From positions 1,798,001-1,862,000 of the forward strand of contig OX597831.1 in NCBI GenBank assembly GCA_951406725.2: a stretch of 64,000 nt of DNA, in the 5' to 3' direction. Below, in pieces: positions 35,876 through 49,380 of this stretch. Position 1 is the stretch's first letter; each line of letters opens with the position of its first letter. The translations under genes and the position numbers were made by a program. Below the pieces are notes generated by a model that was not told where the DNA came from, ran no database searches, and saw only the letters and a list, made by a program, of their open reading frames with translations. Source of the DNA: Octopus vulgaris (taxonomy: Eukaryota).

Positions 35876-37316
35876 TTACCTGAGATCACCTATCTCTGAT
35901 TTTACAATAGAAAATCTCACATTTTGAAGAATTCTTCATTACTATTATTATCATAATTTTACGTCCATTTTCTATGCTAGAATTGGTTACACATATTATT
36001 ATGGTTTGAGTGAGTTCCTATTCAAATTACTTCTCTCCTAAGTATTGTTGGGGGATCATTCATTGCTTGTCTATTTCATTTTTGGTATGGTTTCTCTGGC
36101 TTGATGCCCTTCCAAACACCAACCACCATACAGAGTGTACTGGGTGCTTTTTATCATGGCATTAGCACTAGACAGGTTGTCATATCGTCAATAAGGCAAG
36201 TCTAAAGAGAGATGATCATATATTTAAACTGAAACCTACTATGAATTTATCTAAGAAACTTTCATTATGACCCAAACACTAACTTTTATGAAGTTGGTGT
36301 TTGAAACCAACATAACGAAGAAGGTGGTTACTTAAGATTTTAGCATTTAAACCAGCCATATCCAACCCAAATATTCTACCAGTTTTATCTTCGAGCCAAC
36401 CTGATCTGGCCTCTCACATCTATCATACAATGCCATTCTGAAAATCATATCATCAATGTCTCAAAACTAAATAATGATGCATGATTAATTAAAAACTATA
36501 TGAATAAATAAGCATTACATTGACAGAAGGTTTGTGACTCAGTATGTGTCAGACTCACAATCACCTGGTAATGAGTTCAACTCCTGGACTGGGCTGTGTG
36601 TTGTGTTCTTGAGCAAGACACTTTATTTCACGTTGCTCCAGTTCGTTCAGCTGTAGAAATGAGTTGCAACGTCACTGGTGCCAAGCTGTATCAACCTTTG
36701 CTTTTGCCTTGGACAACATCGGTAGTGTGTAGAGGGGAGGCTGGTATGCATGGGTGACTGCTGGTCTTCCATAAACAGCCTTTCCCAGACTTGTCCCTCA
36801 GAGGGTGACTTTCTAGATGCAATCCTATGGTCATTCATGACCGAAGGGGGTTTTTACCCTTTACACTGACAGAGTAATCTGAATGCTAAAGGGTTTGCCA
36901 CATTCAAATTCTTGATTAATTTTTCCAAATTAATTAAAACTTATAAGCATTGAGAATATTGATTCTTCACATTGTCATAGGGTCTAGAATTTATGTAAGG
37001 GGTACAATCACTTAGACTGACTCTAGTACTTAACTTATTTGGTACTTTTATCCAATCTAGAATGACAAAAGACAAAGTTGACCCTGGTGGGCCCCTTTGG
37101 TTCCTATTTTACTTGAATGGACCTCTTTGCCATTCAGTGTTTTAAAAAAATCCCATTATTTTTTTATAATTAAATATTATTAGGCACTGCTTTAAACAAA
37201 ATTTTAATATTTTGTGTATGGTAGAAGTATAACCAATAACAAAATTGTATGTGGACCCTCAACAAAACTTTATGTGGACCCTCAAGATTCTACCGATCCA
37301 CTATCCTTATTTTCAT

Positions 37317-37820
37317 ATGAAATATAAATATTCTCAACTTTGTCATGGGATATGTTAATAGCATTGGCTATTTGATTTATAGTCAATTGCCTGTTATCCA
37401 TCACCGCATGGTGAACACAATGTTTTTCTTGATAGTGGCAATTGTGGGACATCCAGACCTTGGGTCATCATCGAGACTCTCCCTTCTCTTTTTAAATCCA
37501 GCTGCCCACCTTTGCACTGTTGATAAAGCTGGAGTGTCATTCCCTAATGTAGCAACCAAGTCAGCATGAATGTTCTTCAGAGCTAACCCCTTTTCTGCAA
37601 GTACCTGATAACACCACAATGCCAAATTTTGTTCAGTTTCAAGAGAAGTCACTACTAGTTACTTTCAAAGTGTTCTTTGAACAGTCAGATGTAGATTTAC
37701 CTGGAAAGAAACAATGCAGTTATTAATAAAGATGAGATGAAATTAATGCCTGCAAGATTTTCAAAGCTCTAGTGTCACTCCATCATAGTCGGCCTATGAA
37801 ATTTTAAACCCACCCTTGTA
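37317..37820 (-). mobile_element. Tc1/mariner remnant (5' TIR + frameshifted N-terminal transposase)
   Basis: TA + caagggtgggtttaaaatttcatagg TIR. Translates KGLALKNIHADLVATLGNDTPALSTVQRWAAGFKKRRESLDDDPRSG.P and, after a frameshift, VMDNRQLTINQIANAINISHDKVENI (mariner HTH). Confidence 0.85.
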
Positions 37821-38633
37821 TTATATTAAATGGATTGTTTCTTGGAAAAGACACGAATGAAGCTTATTGGTGCTATATTTTGATGAAGTGGACTTACACC
37901 ACTGCCACCACCTCTACTACCAATTCTACTACTACTACTACGACTACAAACAAATTCTACTACTACTACTACTACTGCAGCTGCTATTCTTTTTTTTTCT
38001 TCTTTTTGGTAGGTGTAGTTAAGGAGAGTAAAAAAAAGCTACCATTCATCAAAGACATGTAACTTATTTAGCTCTGGTTTCATAACATTAGCAGAAATGG
38101 GGTAAATCAACCCCTGGGTAAGAAGTCCATTTATCATGAATGACAGTGACATTCACACAAGACCTGATATTTATTTTCTCACAGATCTTTGTAGAATTAG
38201 TCATTGCTCAAATATACAACCAAATGACGGGATTTGAAACCTTCATCCTTGAATTTGTAAGCCAATATATGTTCCACTTCACCACTTTACCTCTGATTTC
38301 TATAACTTTCTACCATTCCATACATTTTTCTTTTGCAACGTTTTCTTTCATTTCATGGAATATTTTTTGATTCTTTAATATATATTTTCTTATTGAGGTT
38401 TATTGAAAAGAGCAAAAAAAAAGTCTTTTACAGTATGGTGAAGCTTAACACCTAATCATTAATTACCTCATCTTTAAAATGTTTAGTTGTTTTCTAGATG
38501 AAATGTATTATTGCTATGTTATTTCACTTATAATTTCGACTACTGGATTTTCTGCTTGTCTTTTATTTCGTATAGTCTTCTTTTAGGTTTATCTTCAGTA
38601 ACAGTTTTGCTTTTGAGTTGTTAACTCAGTTAA

Positions 38634-38854
38634 CCCGTTAACATTCAAATTACTCTGTCGAACCTAATGCTTACTTATTCATATTGTTTCGAATTAATCA
38701 ACCATTATCTTGTAACTTCAGGATTTTGAAGATGCAACAGTTTATTTTTTAGAATGACATTGTTGGGTAGGTGTGAGAGGCTGGATGTGGCCAGTTTCAA
38801 CATAAAACAAGTAGAATATTTGGACCAGATATGGTCAGTTCAAATGCTAAAGGG
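38634..38854. mobile_element. TTAA-flanked MITE (piggyBac-like termini)
   Basis: TTAA|cccgttaacatt ... aatgctaaaggg|TTAA. Relatives at about 36340-36894, 45057-45282 and 48921-49119. Confidence 0.8.
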
Positions 38855-39019
38855 TTAACAGTCTTTCTTTTGAGCTGTTACCTTAACTAACAGACTTTCT
38901 TAGGGGCTGTTTCCTGAACTATCTTTCACTTTGTTATAGAGATGAATCTCTCTTTTATAATGTTACCACAGATAAGTCTCTCTGTCATAGTGTTATCTCA
39001 GGTCTCTCTGTTGTCCTTT

Positions 39020-39390
39020 AAGCAGCTGCAGACAATGCTCACAATGCTACTCAGAGTATTTCCATCTCCAATTTAACTTCAGTAGATCCTCAGTTTTTAT
39101 GTTGTGTATTTCTGCCAATGCCGTTATGTAATTGAGTGACTTTGTCCTCTGTTAGGATGCAGAGGTCTCCAAAATATAACATTTGTTATGATTTGGTGAT
39201 CAGCTCTATAACAGTTGCCAGCAAAGCCCACCCTGTATGAATAACAGTCATAGAGTTGGGTGGACTGTGTCCATAAGTTTTCTCTTTGGTCTTGTACTCA
39301 TGCCATGAAATATTTTGAGTCCTCATGAAATAGTATACACATGCCATGAAGGCAATCTTGAAACTCCTTCATGTGAAGAGAAGCTCACAC
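39020..39390 (-). mobile_element. Degraded RTE-type LINE 3' fragment
   Basis: Minus-strand peptides RTQNISWHEYKTKEKTYG and GFAGNCYRADHQIITNVIFWRP. Homologous to 48840-49380. Confidence 0.65.
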
Positions 39391-39639
39391 TTACTTTGTA
39401 CCAGTCTCTTTATCATAATGTTAACTCAGTCTTTCTGTTGTAATGTTACCTTAACTAACAATTTCTCTATTATAATGTAAATTCAACTACCAGTCTTCTT
39501 ATTGCAGTGTTAACCAAACTCATAGTGTTACCTCAATAGTTAGCCTCTCTCTTACACTGTTACTTCAGCTAACAGTCCCTATTATAGTAGTACTACCACT
39601 TCTCTCTTAAAACATCACCTTAACTAAGTTTCTTTACTA

Positions 39640-39924
39640 CAGTACCAGCATCGCCTTACTACCAGCGTCGCCTTACTGGCACTTGTGCCTGTGGTATGTG
39701 TAAAAAGATTCGAGCGAGGTCATTGCCAGTACCGCCTGACTGGCCTCCGTGCAGGTGGCACGTAAAAAGCACCCACTACACTCTCGGAGTGGTTGGCATT
39801 AGGAAGGACATCCAGCTGTAGAAACTCTGCCAGATCAAGATTGGAGCCTGGTGCAGCCATCTGATTCGCCAGCCCTCAGTCAAAATCGTCCAACCCATGC
39901 TAGCATGGAAAGCAGACGTTAAAC

Positions 39925-39968
<44 letters not shown>
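39640..39968 (+). mobile_element. Retroposon family C with a long (GAT)n tail
   Basis: Family C core plus about 14 GAT units. Confidence 0.85.
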
Positions 39969-40425
39969 GCACTACCCAAGGTTTATTACTACAATGTAGG
40001 ATTATAGATTGCATAAGTTATCTTAACACTACCACCACCACCACCAAAGGTTTACCTGAACTACAATAACTACAATAGAGTTTATTTTCAACCATAAAAC
40101 TACTGACACATTACCTCACCCCCCCCCCCCCATAGTTGCTTTAACACTGCTGTGGATTGGAAATGTCAGTGCCACACCCATTCATAAAAATTTTATCAAA
40201 TTACTCCTGGTGCCAAGGAATCACCGATTCCACTTGAGATGGAACCTGCAGTTATTTTGGCAGCCACAGAAAAGAATATTTTCTTCTTTAACAGCATCTT
40301 TATTCTTTAATACCAATTATCATATTGCTTCTCATCTTTCTTCCCTTTTTTTTTCTTTCATTCCATTTTTTTTTCTCTTTCTTTCTTGCTCGCTGCTTCT
40401 TCTGCCACCTATTCTCCTCCTTTGC

Positions 40426-40601
40426 CTTCTTCTTCTTCTTCTTCTTCTTCTTCTTCTTCTTCTTCTTCTTCTTCTTCTTCTTCTTCTTCTTCTTCTTCTT
40501 CTTCTTCTTCTTCTTCTTCTTCTTCTTCTTCTTCTTCTTCTTCTTCTTCTTCTTCTTCTTCTTCTTCTTCTTCTTCTTCTTCTTCTTCTTCTTCTTCTTC
40601 T
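40426..40601. repeat. Pure (CTT/AAG)n tract, about 58 units
   Basis: Directly visible. Confidence 0.97.
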
Positions 40602-42050
40602 ATTTGTTTTTGTCATTCATTCATTCATTCATTCACAACAACACCGAAGAAAACTAAGTTTTGTGTCTCCTCCACCACCAACCCTGTATATTCATATCCA
40701 AACTTTCTAGACTGCAGGTATATAGGGAAGAGATAAAGGACCCCTATAAGAAGAACCCCCTACAGTAGTGCACCAGTGTATCTGCACTACACCTTTTCTA
40801 AACCACTGATTTAAGCTGTACTGTCTATATTTCATAACCTTTTCCATCTCCATCAGTTGTTCACTTTAAGTATGGTGTCTGCTCTTTATAACAGCACATA
40901 ACAAAGAAAGACAATATGTTTCTTTTTAATGATTGCTATGTTTAGTGAAATATGAGAGTTGTACAGTCTGCAAGAGTTTTTATTAAGTATCATAAATGTT
41001 ACATCAATTATCTTGCTTCTGAAACGTAATAGAATAGTGTAATAGTTTTTTAAAAAGCCTCTACAGTGCAAGTTCAGGAATAAACTGTGAACAGAAGCAC
41101 ACCCAATGGTTTTGTGTGTGTGTGTGTCTGTCTGTCTTTAACATTTACTTGTTTCAGTCATTGGCCTGCGACCATGCTGGGGCACAACCTTTAAGTGTTT
41201 AGTCAAACAAATTGTGCCCGGTACTCGTTTTTAAACCTGATACTTATTCTGTTAGTCTCTTTTGCTTAACCACTAAGTTATAGGCCTATAAACAAACAAG
41301 CACATCAAGCAGTGGTGGGGGACAAACACAAAGACACACACACATACAACAGGCTTCTTTCAGTTTCCATCTATCAAATCTAGCTCACAGGGCTTTGACT
41401 AGCCTGAGGCTACAGCAGAAAACACTTGCCCAAGACTGAACCAAAAATAACACAGTTGAGAAGCCAGCTTCTTAACCACACAGCCCCACCTGCATATATG
41501 CTATTTACCTTTTGTTTCAATTCAAAAAAGTGTCTTCACAAGATAACATTGAAAGTGTTAGGTCCATTTCCACAGATATAACAATATACATATGTATGTA
41601 TGTGTATATATATTAGATCATCGTTTTTAGCATCCACTTTTCTATGCTCATGTGTGTTGGACAAATTTCTTGAAGTAGATTTCTATGGTTGGATGCTCTT
41701 CCTATTTCTAACTCTCACCTGTCTCCAAGTGAATTGTTTTGAATTAACTTGTAGCTTCAGGATTTTGAAGATGCAACAGTTTATTTTTAGAATGACATTG
41801 TTGGGTAGGTGTGAGAGGCTGGATGTGGCCAGTTTCAACATAAAACAAGTGGAATATTTGGACCAGATATGGTCAGTTCAAATGCTAAAGGGTTAACTGC
41901 TAAAGGATTAATAGCCATGGTGTGACAAATATTTTTGCAAAAGATTAGAAGTGAAATTCACCACTTGTATCCTCTTTTATGACTACTTTTACACACACAC
42001 ACACACACACTCACGTTTTCTAATTTGTAAACTCTACTCTTTTATTTCAG

Positions 42051-42171
42051 CTGAACTTGGGGACTTTGACCCTGAGGTCCACACACCAGGTTTCATATCT
42101 GAATTTCGTTTTGTACCCAACCAAACTGAAGAAATGGAGATAGAGATTTATAAACAATACCAAAATGTCGG
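42051..42171 (+). CDS. EPB41L5: FERM gene exon: (S)ELGDFDPEVHTPGFISEFRFVPNQTEEMEIEIYKQYQNV(G)
   Basis: ttttatttcag| acceptor, |gtaagg donor, 121 nt, phase 1 to 2. Confidence 0.95.
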
Positions 42172-43480
42172 GTAAGGATTTTAAAGTTTTCTGTTTGAAA
42201 GCATTCATGTTTTATTTCCTTTAACATACAGACCGGACTAATCAACTACCATAAAGACCTGTTAACACTGTTATTTATTCTAGCAGGTCACATGTGGTCT
42301 CATTGACACATTAGTACCAGAAGCAGGACAAAATCTCAAAGAAAGTCACATTTATCTAAAAGTGATCATTTCATCATTTTTTTTGCCAGTGACATGCAAA
42401 CTACACTTGTGCTGGATGGCACATAAGAGGCACCTGTGCCAGTGACATATGAAAGGCACTCTCTACACTTTGTGTAGTGGTTGGCATTAGGAAGGGCATC
42501 CATCTACAGAAACCAAGCCAAATCAGACCAGAGCCTAGTACAGCTCTCCGGCTTACCAGTTTCAATCAAACTGTCCAACTTATACCGGCATGGGAAACAG
42601 ACACTAAATGATGATGACGATAATGCTGATGTTGGTCACCTAAACATATCTAATTCCATTAGCATTTTGAGTGCTGAAAGATTAGTTACTGTTGTTCAGC
42701 TGTCCTTATAGTTATTTGGTCACTATGTTGACCAGTGGGTGCTTTAGTTTCTGCTACAACAAAACTAAAGCCTATTAAAGTGACCTATATACCACTAATT
42801 TAGACTTTTATACTTGACATTCATCTCTGTCTCTCTAATCACAAATTAGCACCTTTAATTAGTCTAAACATCTACACTTGGTACGAATTCTCTCCCACAA
42901 AATATCTTTCAGAAGAGCTGTAACAATGCATTGACATTTGGAGACCAATAATTGCTTATTGCACCACTACCATCTTGGCTAACAATCAACTCACAGATAA
43001 AACCCTCATATTTTAATTATCTCAATTAGTCATTGCTAAAAGCCCCCAACATCCTCAATTACATATCACAGTGTATAGATGGCTTTATTTTTTTCCCCAC
43101 TTCTCTCTGAACCTAATTGCTTTCTGTCTTCATATTTGAAGTTCTGAGTTTATCTTCCTTCTATCTTTAACTTGTTTTAGTCATTGGACTGCAGCCATGC
43201 TGGGGTACTGCCTTAAAGAATTTTAGTCAAACAAAGCTTTTTTATAACATGATATTGCAGGGAGACTTTGTTTCCTTTTCTTTTTTTGTTCAAAGTCCAT
43301 TAAACAGCTTGCTCTAGGCAGGACATTAATCTGCACCCATTGGTATGACTACAGCTCAGGAGTTCAGGGGTTTCAGTCACTGCTGAGCCATCACTATTTC
43401 CATATCTGTCTGACCTAGGGTGGTGGCAACTTTCAAAGGCCCCATTTATAGACCAAATAGCAGAAGATAGTCTCAGGATA

Positions 43481-43597
43481 CCTGGGATATCTATTATTTG
43501 ACTCAAAAACAGGGACTTACATAGATACTAAGATAGTCTCAGGATGGTAGTATCTATGTAAGTCCCTGTTTTTGAGTCAAATAATAGATATCCCAGG
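43481..43597. repeat. Perfect 50-bp inverted repeat with a 17-nt spacer
   Basis: 43481-43530 is the exact reverse complement of 43548-43597. Confidence 0.95.
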
Positions 43598-44812
43598 GTG
43601 GTAGTACCTATCAGAAGCCCCATTTATGCATCAAATAACAGATGGTCATATGGGCAAGGCATATAGTACTTCAAAGAGGACTGGCCATCTAGACATGTGT
43701 CACATTGGCCCAACAATATGGTCATTCCCCCTGCTTAAGGGTTTAACAGGCCCTATACCTCAAGAGTAAGTTTGGGAGAACAGGGGACTAGCAGAGAAAT
43801 TTAAATAAACCAGCCAAAAGCAATGGGAAACCATTGTTGTGGCTTTTGCAAGAAAAATCCACAATCTTCAGACCTTGGGATGGAGGACTTTAACGGTGCA
43901 TTGTGTCCTTCAGCAAGATGTTTTATTTCACAGTGCTCCAGTCTACTCAGCTAGCAAAAATAAGTAGTACGTGTATGTCAAAGGGCCAGCCTTGTCACAT
44001 CTTGTGTCATGTTGAATCTTCTTGAGAACTATGTTATGGATACGCATATCTGTGGAGTACTCAGCCACTTGCATGTTAATTTCATGAGTGGGCTGTTCTG
44101 TCGATCGGATCAACTGGAACCCTCATTGTTATAATCGATGGCATGCCAGCAAGTTAACTTACTGGCCTAGGGAGGGGAAAAGCAGAGTGAACTCCAGTAA
44201 GATTTCTTAAGCAATCTAGAATGTACAAAGAGGGAACTAAATCTAAAATGCTATAAACTGTTTATTTTGGTGTGCTCTCATTCCTCTTCCCCCTTCTCTT
44301 CTTTGTCTTTTAACTATTCCTGTAAAACCATCTAAAACTAAATCTTAACCATCCTAACAAACATCTACCTTTTAATGTTGGGTGGAGTTACATGGAGTTA
44401 AATGACATCCTGTCCAGCTCTGTATCAGCCCACCCTTAACTGTCTGTTATAGCTGTAATATAATATAGTTAACTTGATTTATCTTCTAATAGCTTAGAAA
44501 TTCTAAACAACTCTGCTTTCTTTCACCAACCAATGAACAAATTCTTCCTTTGCTATTTTGGCTTTTGTAGTTAGTGAAAGCTATTTTTCCCTGATGAGGC
44601 CAGAATAAGACGGAAGCATGTCCCAAGCTATCTCCTGTATTTGCTGGAAAAATATGAAATTTTTATTATCATTTCTTATAGTCACTGATCATTTGTTTCA
44701 AGGAGAAAATACTGCCTTCTCTCTAATATCTGTCTTTATTTCATCCTAGTCTAATAACGGCTTATCACTATTGTCTTTGATCTCTACCTTTTCCTCTTCT
44801 TCTTTCTTACAG

Positions 44813-44900
44813 TGGTTTAACTCCTGCCCAATCAGAGCTGGCTTACTTGAACAAAGCAAAATGGCTAGAACTGTATGGTGTTGATATGCACATTGTCATT
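44813..44900 (+). CDS. EPB41L5: FERM gene exon: (G)[29 protein letters not shown]
   Basis: tctttcttacag| acceptor, |gtaagt donor, 88 nt, phase 2 to 0. Confidence 0.95.
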
Positions 44901-45965
44901 GTAAGTAAATCTTTACCATTTATTTCTTTAGGAGAAAAGATGAAGGTGAGAGGAAGAATATTTACTCTTATGTCTATGTGTGGTGTTGGGGCAAACATGG
45001 TTAAGTTAAATCATTGTTGTCTTGACCCCAGCTCAACCTCAATCCAGTAGATCTTTACCCCTTTAGTGTTTAAACCAGCCAAATCCGGCCCAATATAATC
45101 TACATGTTTTATATTCAAACTGGCGATATCTAGCCTTTCACACCTACCCTACAATGTCATTCTGAAAATAAACAATCACATCATTGAAACCTCAAAGCTA
45201 TAAGATAATGCATGATTAATTCAAAACAATTTCAGTGAAAAGGTATTACATTTAACAGAGTAATCTGAACACTAATGGGTTACTCAGCAGTACTCTGTCT
45301 CTGGCTTTTGACTATATGGCTATTTATCAGATTCAGTCCCACTGTACAGTACTTTGAGCAAGTGCCTTTTAGTATTATCCTTAGACCAACCAATACTTTG
45401 TGAGTGAATTTGATAGGCAAAAACTGTGTGAAAGCCTGTCTTTGTGTGTTGTGTGTGTGTAATTGTGTTTGTATTTCACTGCTTGACAAGAGGTGTTGGT
45501 TTGTTTATACCCCTATAACTTAATGTTTCAGTAAAAAGAGACCAATAGAATAGTTCTTTAAAAAAAAAAGGATTAGTGGTCCTTCCCAAGCCAGAGACTC
45601 ATAAGGCTAGATTTCCAGATTCTGTAGTGTATATATCTCTCCACCTGGACAGGATGCTAGTCGATAGCAGGATTACTCTTTTTTTTTTCCAGCTGAGTGA
45701 ACTGGAGCAACATGAAATGAAGTGTTTTGCTCAACACAATGCAATGCTTCACACAGTCTAGGAATGGAAAAACCACAGTCTTACAACTCTAACCACTAAA
45801 CCATGTGCTTCCATGATAGAATAAGTACCAGACTGAAAATAAGCACTGAAGTTGATATGATAGACTAAACTGTTCAATGCAGTGCTCCAGCATGGCTGCA
45901 GTCCACTTAGAAACAGAAGTAAAAAAAATAATAGTGTATTTAGAAACACATCATTCCAATTTTAA

Positions 45966-46373
45966 GACATGTGGCTGTGTGGTAAGTAGCTTGCTTACCA
46001 ACCACATGGTTCCGGGTTCAGTCCCACTGCGTGGCATCTTGGGCAAGTGTCTTCTGCTATAGCCTCAGGCCGACCAATGCCTTGTAAGTGGATTTGGTAG
46101 ACGGAAACTGTAAGAAGCCCGTCGTATATCTGTATATATATATATATATGTGTGTGTGTTTGTGTGTCTATGTTTGTCCCCCTAGCATTGCTTGACAACC
46201 GATGCTGGTGTGTTTATGTCCCCGTTACTTAGCAGTTCGGCAAAAGAGACCGATAGAATAAGTACTGGGCTTACAAAGAATAAGTCCCGGGGTTGATTTG
46301 CTCGACTAAAGGCGGTGCTCCAGCATGACCGCAGTCAAGTGACTGAAACAATAAAAGAGTAAAGAGAGTAAAG
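45966..46373 (+). mobile_element. SINE family B
   Basis: Full-length match with an internal TA/TG microsatellite. Confidence 0.85.
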
Positions 46374-47575
46374 AATATGTGTGTCCCAATAAAGGGAATA
46401 TGTCTTCAGCCTCTTGCTAAGCCTTTTCCTGATATGAGAAACTACTGTACCCAACCTTTGGTTTATTATTCTTTGTAATTGTTTGGAATTTACACTCCTC
46501 TGACAATATTCATAATCCAGGGAAGTGAACCCAGATTTACCCATCGGAAAAATTACAGCAGCGTTGATCATACTAAGCAATCGTTGATGTTTATTACTAC
46601 TTGATGTGGTTAACTGAAACCTGGAATATACATGAGAGCTATTATGATATGATATAGATTAAACTGTTCAATGCAGTGGTCCACAGTGACTGCAGTACAC
46701 TTACAAACACAAGTAAAAAAAAAAAAATAATAATAGTGTATTCAGGAGCACATAATATGATTTTTGAGACCTAAGTAGTATTTAGCTGCTCTTTCTTGCA
46801 GGCTGAGTGACCACAAAGAGAGACTGTTATTGATTCAAGTGTTGTGCAAGTTGACCTTGGTTTAGTAAGTTTATGCTCAGAGGCATCCCAGCTGTGACTA
46901 CTCAGTCTTTTTTGGAGTATGTTCATGTACAATAGCTAATAGAAGACACTTGCCCTAGGTGCCACACAGTGGGATTGAACCTGAAGCCATGTGATTGCGA
47001 AGCAAACTTCTTACCATACAGCCACATCTGCACCTATTATATATACTCAGACATGTGTATACACACACACACACACATACATACATATGACTGTGTGTGT
47101 ACAATAATTATCTACATGAAGCTCTTAACTCATACAGTTATAGTCATACATCTAACTATATGCCGAAGATACATACATATGAGATTGTGTGTGCTTGTGT
47201 CTCCTCATCTTAACATCATCCACTAGGTCTAAATGCCACCATCATACAAGCTTCTGTAGAATTTCTGTTGACCAAATTCCACCAACAGTGCATAGTACAA
47301 TAGAAGATGCAAGCTTAAGATGACACACCCTGGGATTGAATCTGGAAGCACAGGATTGCAAAACAAGCTTCTTACCTAAACAGCTATGCTTGGATGTACC
47401 TAATATTTATTTATATTTGTTATTTAACCTCTGTTCATCCTTTATCATGCAGATTCATGTTTATAAATGTTTAAACTACTACCCTTCCATCTCAGGAAAT
47501 CATGAACTATGTTATATATTTCGCTGTCTATGTGTTTAACACAGTACAGTGCTATTTGAGGGTATGTTTAAAACA

Positions 47576-47801
47576 GGCAGCGAGCTGGCAGAACCGTTAG
47601 CACGCCGGGCGAAATGCATTGCCGTAATTCGTCTGTCGTTACGTTGTGAGTCGAAATTCCGCCGAGGTCGACTTTGCCTTCCATCCTTTCGGGGTCGATA
47701 AGTTAAGTACCAGTTACGCACTGGGGTCGATGTAATCGAATTAATCCGTTTGTCTGGCTTTGTCCCTTCTATGTTTAGCCCCTTGTGGGTAATAAAGAAA
47801 T
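47576..47801 (+). mobile_element. SINE family A
   Basis: TSD ggtatgtttaaaaca. Confidence 0.85.
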
Positions 47802-48000
47802 AGGTATGTTTAAAACAGTAGAGTGCTATTTGACAGCCAAATTTCTTGCACATGATAGCTCTTTCATTGGCCTGTCTCTTTATTAGCAGTTGTAGTCTGG
47901 GGTAAATTAGTTTGGTTTATTAAACTGTATGTTATTAACCTCACAACTTCTAGCATTCACTGATTGTATGTTTTACTTCTGTACTCTGTCTCCATTTTAG

Positions 48001-48089
48001 GGCCGTGATGGTGTCTCTTATCAGCTTGGTTTAACACCAAGTGGAATTTTGGTATTTGAGAATGATGACAAAATAGGATTGTTCTTCTG
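48001..48089 (+). CDS. EPB41L5: FERM gene exon (FERM-C): [29 protein letters not shown](W)
   Basis: tccattttag| acceptor, |gtaagt donor, 89 nt, phase 0 to 2. Confidence 0.95.
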
Positions 48090-48269
48090 GTAAGTTTACA
48101 TTTATCTCTGACCTCAAAATAAAACAGTTCATATCCTTGCAAATTATATCCTGTTAACTGAACACTAGAGAAAGAACACTAGAGTATTCGGGTACTTGAT
48201 GGCTATTGTTTAATGTGAATGCACGAATAAGTGCTCTATGAAACCATTTTTGTTTTATTTAATATCTGT

Positions 48270-49380
48270 ACCATCAAATGTGAACTTGAAGCTCCTTCTT
48301 CATGCTCCAGGTTTTGGCTCCATAGAGGAGAAAGCCCTCTATACATGCTCTGAAGACAAAAATCAATAAGTCTGGCCTTCTTCATGGCATGTGTAGAAAA
48401 CATTCTTCTCTGTAGAACTAAAACCTTGACCATGCCGAGTGGCTGTGTGGTAAGTAGCTTGTTTACCAACCACATGGTTCCGGGTTCAGTCCCACTGCGT
48501 GGCACCTTGGGCAAGTGTCTTCTACTATAGCCTCGGGCTGACCAAAGCCTTGTGAGTGGATTTAGTAGACGGAAACTGAAAGAAGCCCATCGTATATATG
48601 TATATATACATATATATATGCGTGTGTGTTTGTGTTTGTCCCCCTAGCATTGCTTGACAACCGATGCTGGTGTATTTATGTCCCCGTTACTTAGCGGTTC
48701 GGCAAAAGAGACCGATAGAATAAGTACTGGGCTTACAAAAGAATAAGTCCCGGGGTCGATTTACTCAACTAAAGGCGGTGCTCCAGCATGGCCGCAGTCA
48801 AATGACTGAAACAAGTAAAAGAGTAAAGAGTAAATTATCTTGTTGGTATATGGACCAAGCTTCTTACGAAGGCTCAAAACATCTCATGGCATGAGCACAA
48901 AACCTAAACAGGCAATTTAACCCTTTAGCATTTAAACCAGCCATATCTGGCCAAAATTTTCTTCTTGTTTAATGTTGAGACTAGCCAGGTCTGACCTCTC
49001 ACACCTATCCTGCAATGTAATTTCTACATATAAACAATAACATCCTCAAAATCTCAAAGATGTGAGATAATCCAGATTAAATCAAAACAGTGTGAATAAA
49101 TAAGCTGAACACTAAAGGGTTAAGGACTCATTCTACCCATCTTTACTCTTGTAGCTTAATGCACCATAGGCCTTGCTGGCCACTGCTATCTTATTGAGTA
49201 CCGCACCATATCAGATGTTATATTTTGGAAACTTCCACACCTTAACAGAACAAAGAACAACTCAACTACATTGATGTTATTGGTAGGAACACAAACAAGA
49301 AGCAGAAAACCTTCCGAAGCTTAACAGGGGACGGGGGATTTCTGGCACTATGGGGTGAAGTGCACCTCAGTTGCAGCCTC
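48270..49380 (+). mobile_element. Degraded RTE-type LINE fragment interrupted by SINE B (48436-48832) and a TTAA MITE (48921-49119)
   Basis: Peptides TKLLTKAQNISWHEHKT and LAGHCY...TISDVIFWKLP on either side of the inserts. Confidence 0.65.

Noticed and set aside
37401-37652. Active or domesticated transposase
   Set aside because: Frameshifted, lacks the DD(34)D catalytic domain and the second TIR.
40210-40736. Poly-L/F/S/R ORFs
   Set aside because: Translations of the (CTT)n tract.
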